DNA of 64,000 bases from NCBI GenBank assembly GCA_951813285.1, contig OX638355.1, positions 837,136 through 901,135 of the forward strand, given 5' to 3'. This document shows positions 62,348-64,000 of the stretch, piece by piece (within the stretch, counting starts at the first letter, position 1; each line of letters starts with the position of its first letter). A program made the translations under genes and the position numbers. The DNA comes from Terriglobia bacterium (GTDB lineage: Bacteria; Acidobacteriota; Terriglobia; Versatilivoradales; Versatilivoraceae). Below the pieces are notes generated by a model. It ran no database searches and was not told the DNA's origin. It saw only the letters and a list, made by a program, of their open reading frames with translations.

Positions 62348-63719
62348 ACGTCCCGCCCTCCGGGGCGGCTGAAGCGAAAGCGGCGACTCCCTTCGGGGTG
62401 AGTCCCGTGACTCGCACCTGCAACAGTCGATTGGGCCGCGATTCAGCGCCGGCCACTTCGACCTGCAGAAAATTGGAGCTCAGGGCTCGCCGGGTCGTCT
62501 GTGAAGGTCCGTCCTGGAGAGTGATCACGGGCAGATCGCGCCCCACCTGGGATTCCCGAAAGCGCCGGTTCTTGAGTTCCCCCAGCGTCCGCAACTCCAG
62601 GCTTCTCGAGGCCGCCACCGATTGGGGCACCTCCGGCTCGAGTCGGGCCGCGGCGGTGCCGGGTCGCCGGGAGAAGGGAAATACGTGCAGGTAGGTCAGA
62701 GGTGAATTCCGGATCAAGTCCCGTGTCAGGGTATGATCTTCCTCTGTCTCTCCAGGGAAACCCACCATCACGTCGGCTCCGATCGCCGCTTCGGGAACGC
62801 GCCGCCGGATCTTTCTCAGCAGGTCCAGATAGCGGGCGGCTCGGTAGGGCCGCCGCATGAGACCCAGAATGCGGCTGGAGCCGCTCTGCAGCGGCACATG
62901 GAAGTGCTTGGCCATCCCGGGAGAGGTCGCTACCAGCTCGATGATCTCGTCGGTGACTTCCAGGGGTTCGATGGAACTGAGTCGCAACCGTTTCAGGGGC
63001 TCTTCCTGGAGGAGCCGTCGGATCAGACCTGCCAGACGGGCGCCGGGGTGCAAGTCTCTTCCGTAGCCTCCCAGGTGGATGCCGGTCAGCACGATTTCCT
63101 TGTAGCCCTGATTCATCAGGTGACGGGTCTGCCGAAGCACCTCCTTCAGGGGCAGGCTGCGCGAGTCGCCTCGCACAAAGGGAATCACACAGTAGGAGCA
63201 TCGATAGCTGCAGCCGTCCTGCACCTTCAGAAAAGCCCGGGTTCGGTCTCCCCCTGACATGTCGGCAATGGATCGCAGCTCCCGGGACTCGAAGATGCTG
63301 CTGCAGTAAACCTCGGCGCCGCCGGGCAGTCGTGCCTCTGCCTCGGCGCAATCGGCGGGAACTCGGGCGGGCAGGTGTTTCTCCGTGACCAGGGTCGCCA
63401 GTTGCTGTTTGTGGGAGTTGCCCACCACGCAGCTCACACCCTCCATTCGGGCGATTTCCTCGGGCGCACGCTGGGCGTAACAACCGGTCACCACGATGCT
63501 GGCGCCGGGGTTTTGGCGGTGAATCCTCCGGATCGCCTGACGGGCCTGGGCATCGGCCGTCCGAGTGACGGTGCAGGTGTTGATAACTACGACGTCTGAG
63601 GCCTCTCCCTTGCGACTCTTCTCCAGGTTCCTCCGAAGAAGCGCCTGCTCGAGGGCAGCTCCATCCGACTGGCTGGCCCGGCAGCCGAAGTTGAGGACCG
63701 AAAAAGTTGGGTTTCCCAT
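62331..63719 (-). CDS. MiaB-family radical SAM methylthiotransferase (MtaB/MiaB-like)
   Basis: The protein has an N-terminal MTTase domain with three Cys residues (FGCRASQ, NTCTVT, TGCYAQ). The radical SAM motif is CSYRCSYC. A TRAM-like C-terminus follows. Confidence 0.85.
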   Translation of the reverse strand: MGNPTFSVLNFGCRASQSDGAALEQALLRRNLEKSRKGEASDVVVINTCTVTRTADAQARQAIRRIHRQNPGASIVVTGCYAQRAPEEIARMEGVSCVVGNSHKQQLATLVTEKHLPARVPADCAEAEARLPGGAEVYCSSIFESRELRSIADMSGGDRTRAFLKVQDGCSYRCSYCVIPFVRGDSRSLPLKEVLRQTRHLMNQGYKEIVLTGIHLGGYGRDLHPGARLAGLIRRLLQEEPLKRLRLSSIEPLEVTDEIIELVATSPGMAKHFHVPLQSGSSRILGLMRRPYRAARYLDLLRKIRRRVPEAAIGADVMVGFPGETEEDHTLTRDLIRNSPLTYLHVFPFSRRPGTAAARLEPEVPQSVAASRSLELRTLGELKNRRFRESQVGRDLPVITLQDGPSQTTRRALSSNFLQVEVAGAESRPNRLLQVRVTGLTPKGVAAFASAAPEGGTFSPRG

Positions 63720-64000
63720 TTGAAAAATTCCGACACCTGTCTGACCGGAACGCCCGAGCTCGGCCGGGGCCCCGCGACAATCCTCGGGGTTGCTCGCGCC
63801 GGGGACGTGATCCCGGCAAGTCGCCCCTGCTCGCTGACGGCTTGAAGCCGTCGCACGAAATTCCCTATAATAGCAGAACCGATTCAGAGGAGTTCCCGCC
63901 ATCGCGGGGCTTTGGGGGAAGGATGCCCGAGGAGACGGAAAATCTCATTCAAGACCGCCCAGTCGAGGAGCGAGCCAACCTGAGACCAGGGAACCCGCGG

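Overview
This window is a GC-rich bacterial chromosomal segment that spans the replication-origin gene neighbourhood. On the minus strand, dnaA-dnaN-recF-gyrB-gyrA lie at 40.2-49.0 kb. On the plus strand, rpmH-rnpA-yidD-yidC-jag-mnmE-mnmG-rsmG-parA-parB run from 49.3 to 58.2 kb and diverge from dnaA. The dnaA-dnaN spacer (47469-47680) carries DnaA-box-like 9-mers and an AT-rich block. The dnaA-rpmH spacer (49001-49282) is also AT-rich. Two perfect parS sites (TGTTCCACGTGAAACA) sit at the rsmG/parA junction.

The first ~8 kb looks accessory. It holds four toxin-antitoxin components (AbrB-type antitoxin, Phd/VapC pair, HigA-like antitoxin), a TPR/TMTC-like membrane protein, a HAD hydrolase, a cytochrome P450, a phage Gp37/Gp68 (DUF5131) protein, and a membrane-anchored DUF2726 (NERD-like nuclease fold) protein with proline-rich repeats. 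It ends in a C-terminal fragment of an outer-membrane beta-barrel gene.

The rest is mainly housekeeping: a TonB-dependent receptor with a carboxypeptidase-regulatory-like N-terminus, a YdiJ-like FAD/Fe-S oxidase, surA-like PPIase, mfd, bioB, M32 carboxypeptidase, transaldolase, an FGGY kinase, a rhomboid protease, metK, an M24 peptidase, prephenate dehydrogenase, acpS, pgeF and a MiaB-family methylthiotransferase.

The non-routine observations are as follows.
- A 980-aa ACP-FAAL-AGPAT tri-domain enzyme at 28054-30996.
- A low-GC 675-bp spacer at 30997-31671 containing a ~28-bp TTTTGTG-rich inverted repeat pair and a 4x10-bp tandem repeat.
- A ~27-nt conserved intergenic motif (TAGCCSGCATTTCTCACCAG...) present three times around the origin-proximal operon.
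- An 80-bp AT-rich block inside a secreted-protein gene at 58981-59060.
- A 300-bp antisense overlap between the Gp37 ORF tail and the P450 3' end.

No rRNA, tRNA, CRISPR array, transposase or integrase was recognised. Phylum is not determinable from sequence alone. The TBDR architecture and the abundance of TPR proteins are compatible with Acidobacteriota-like organisms, but this is inference.
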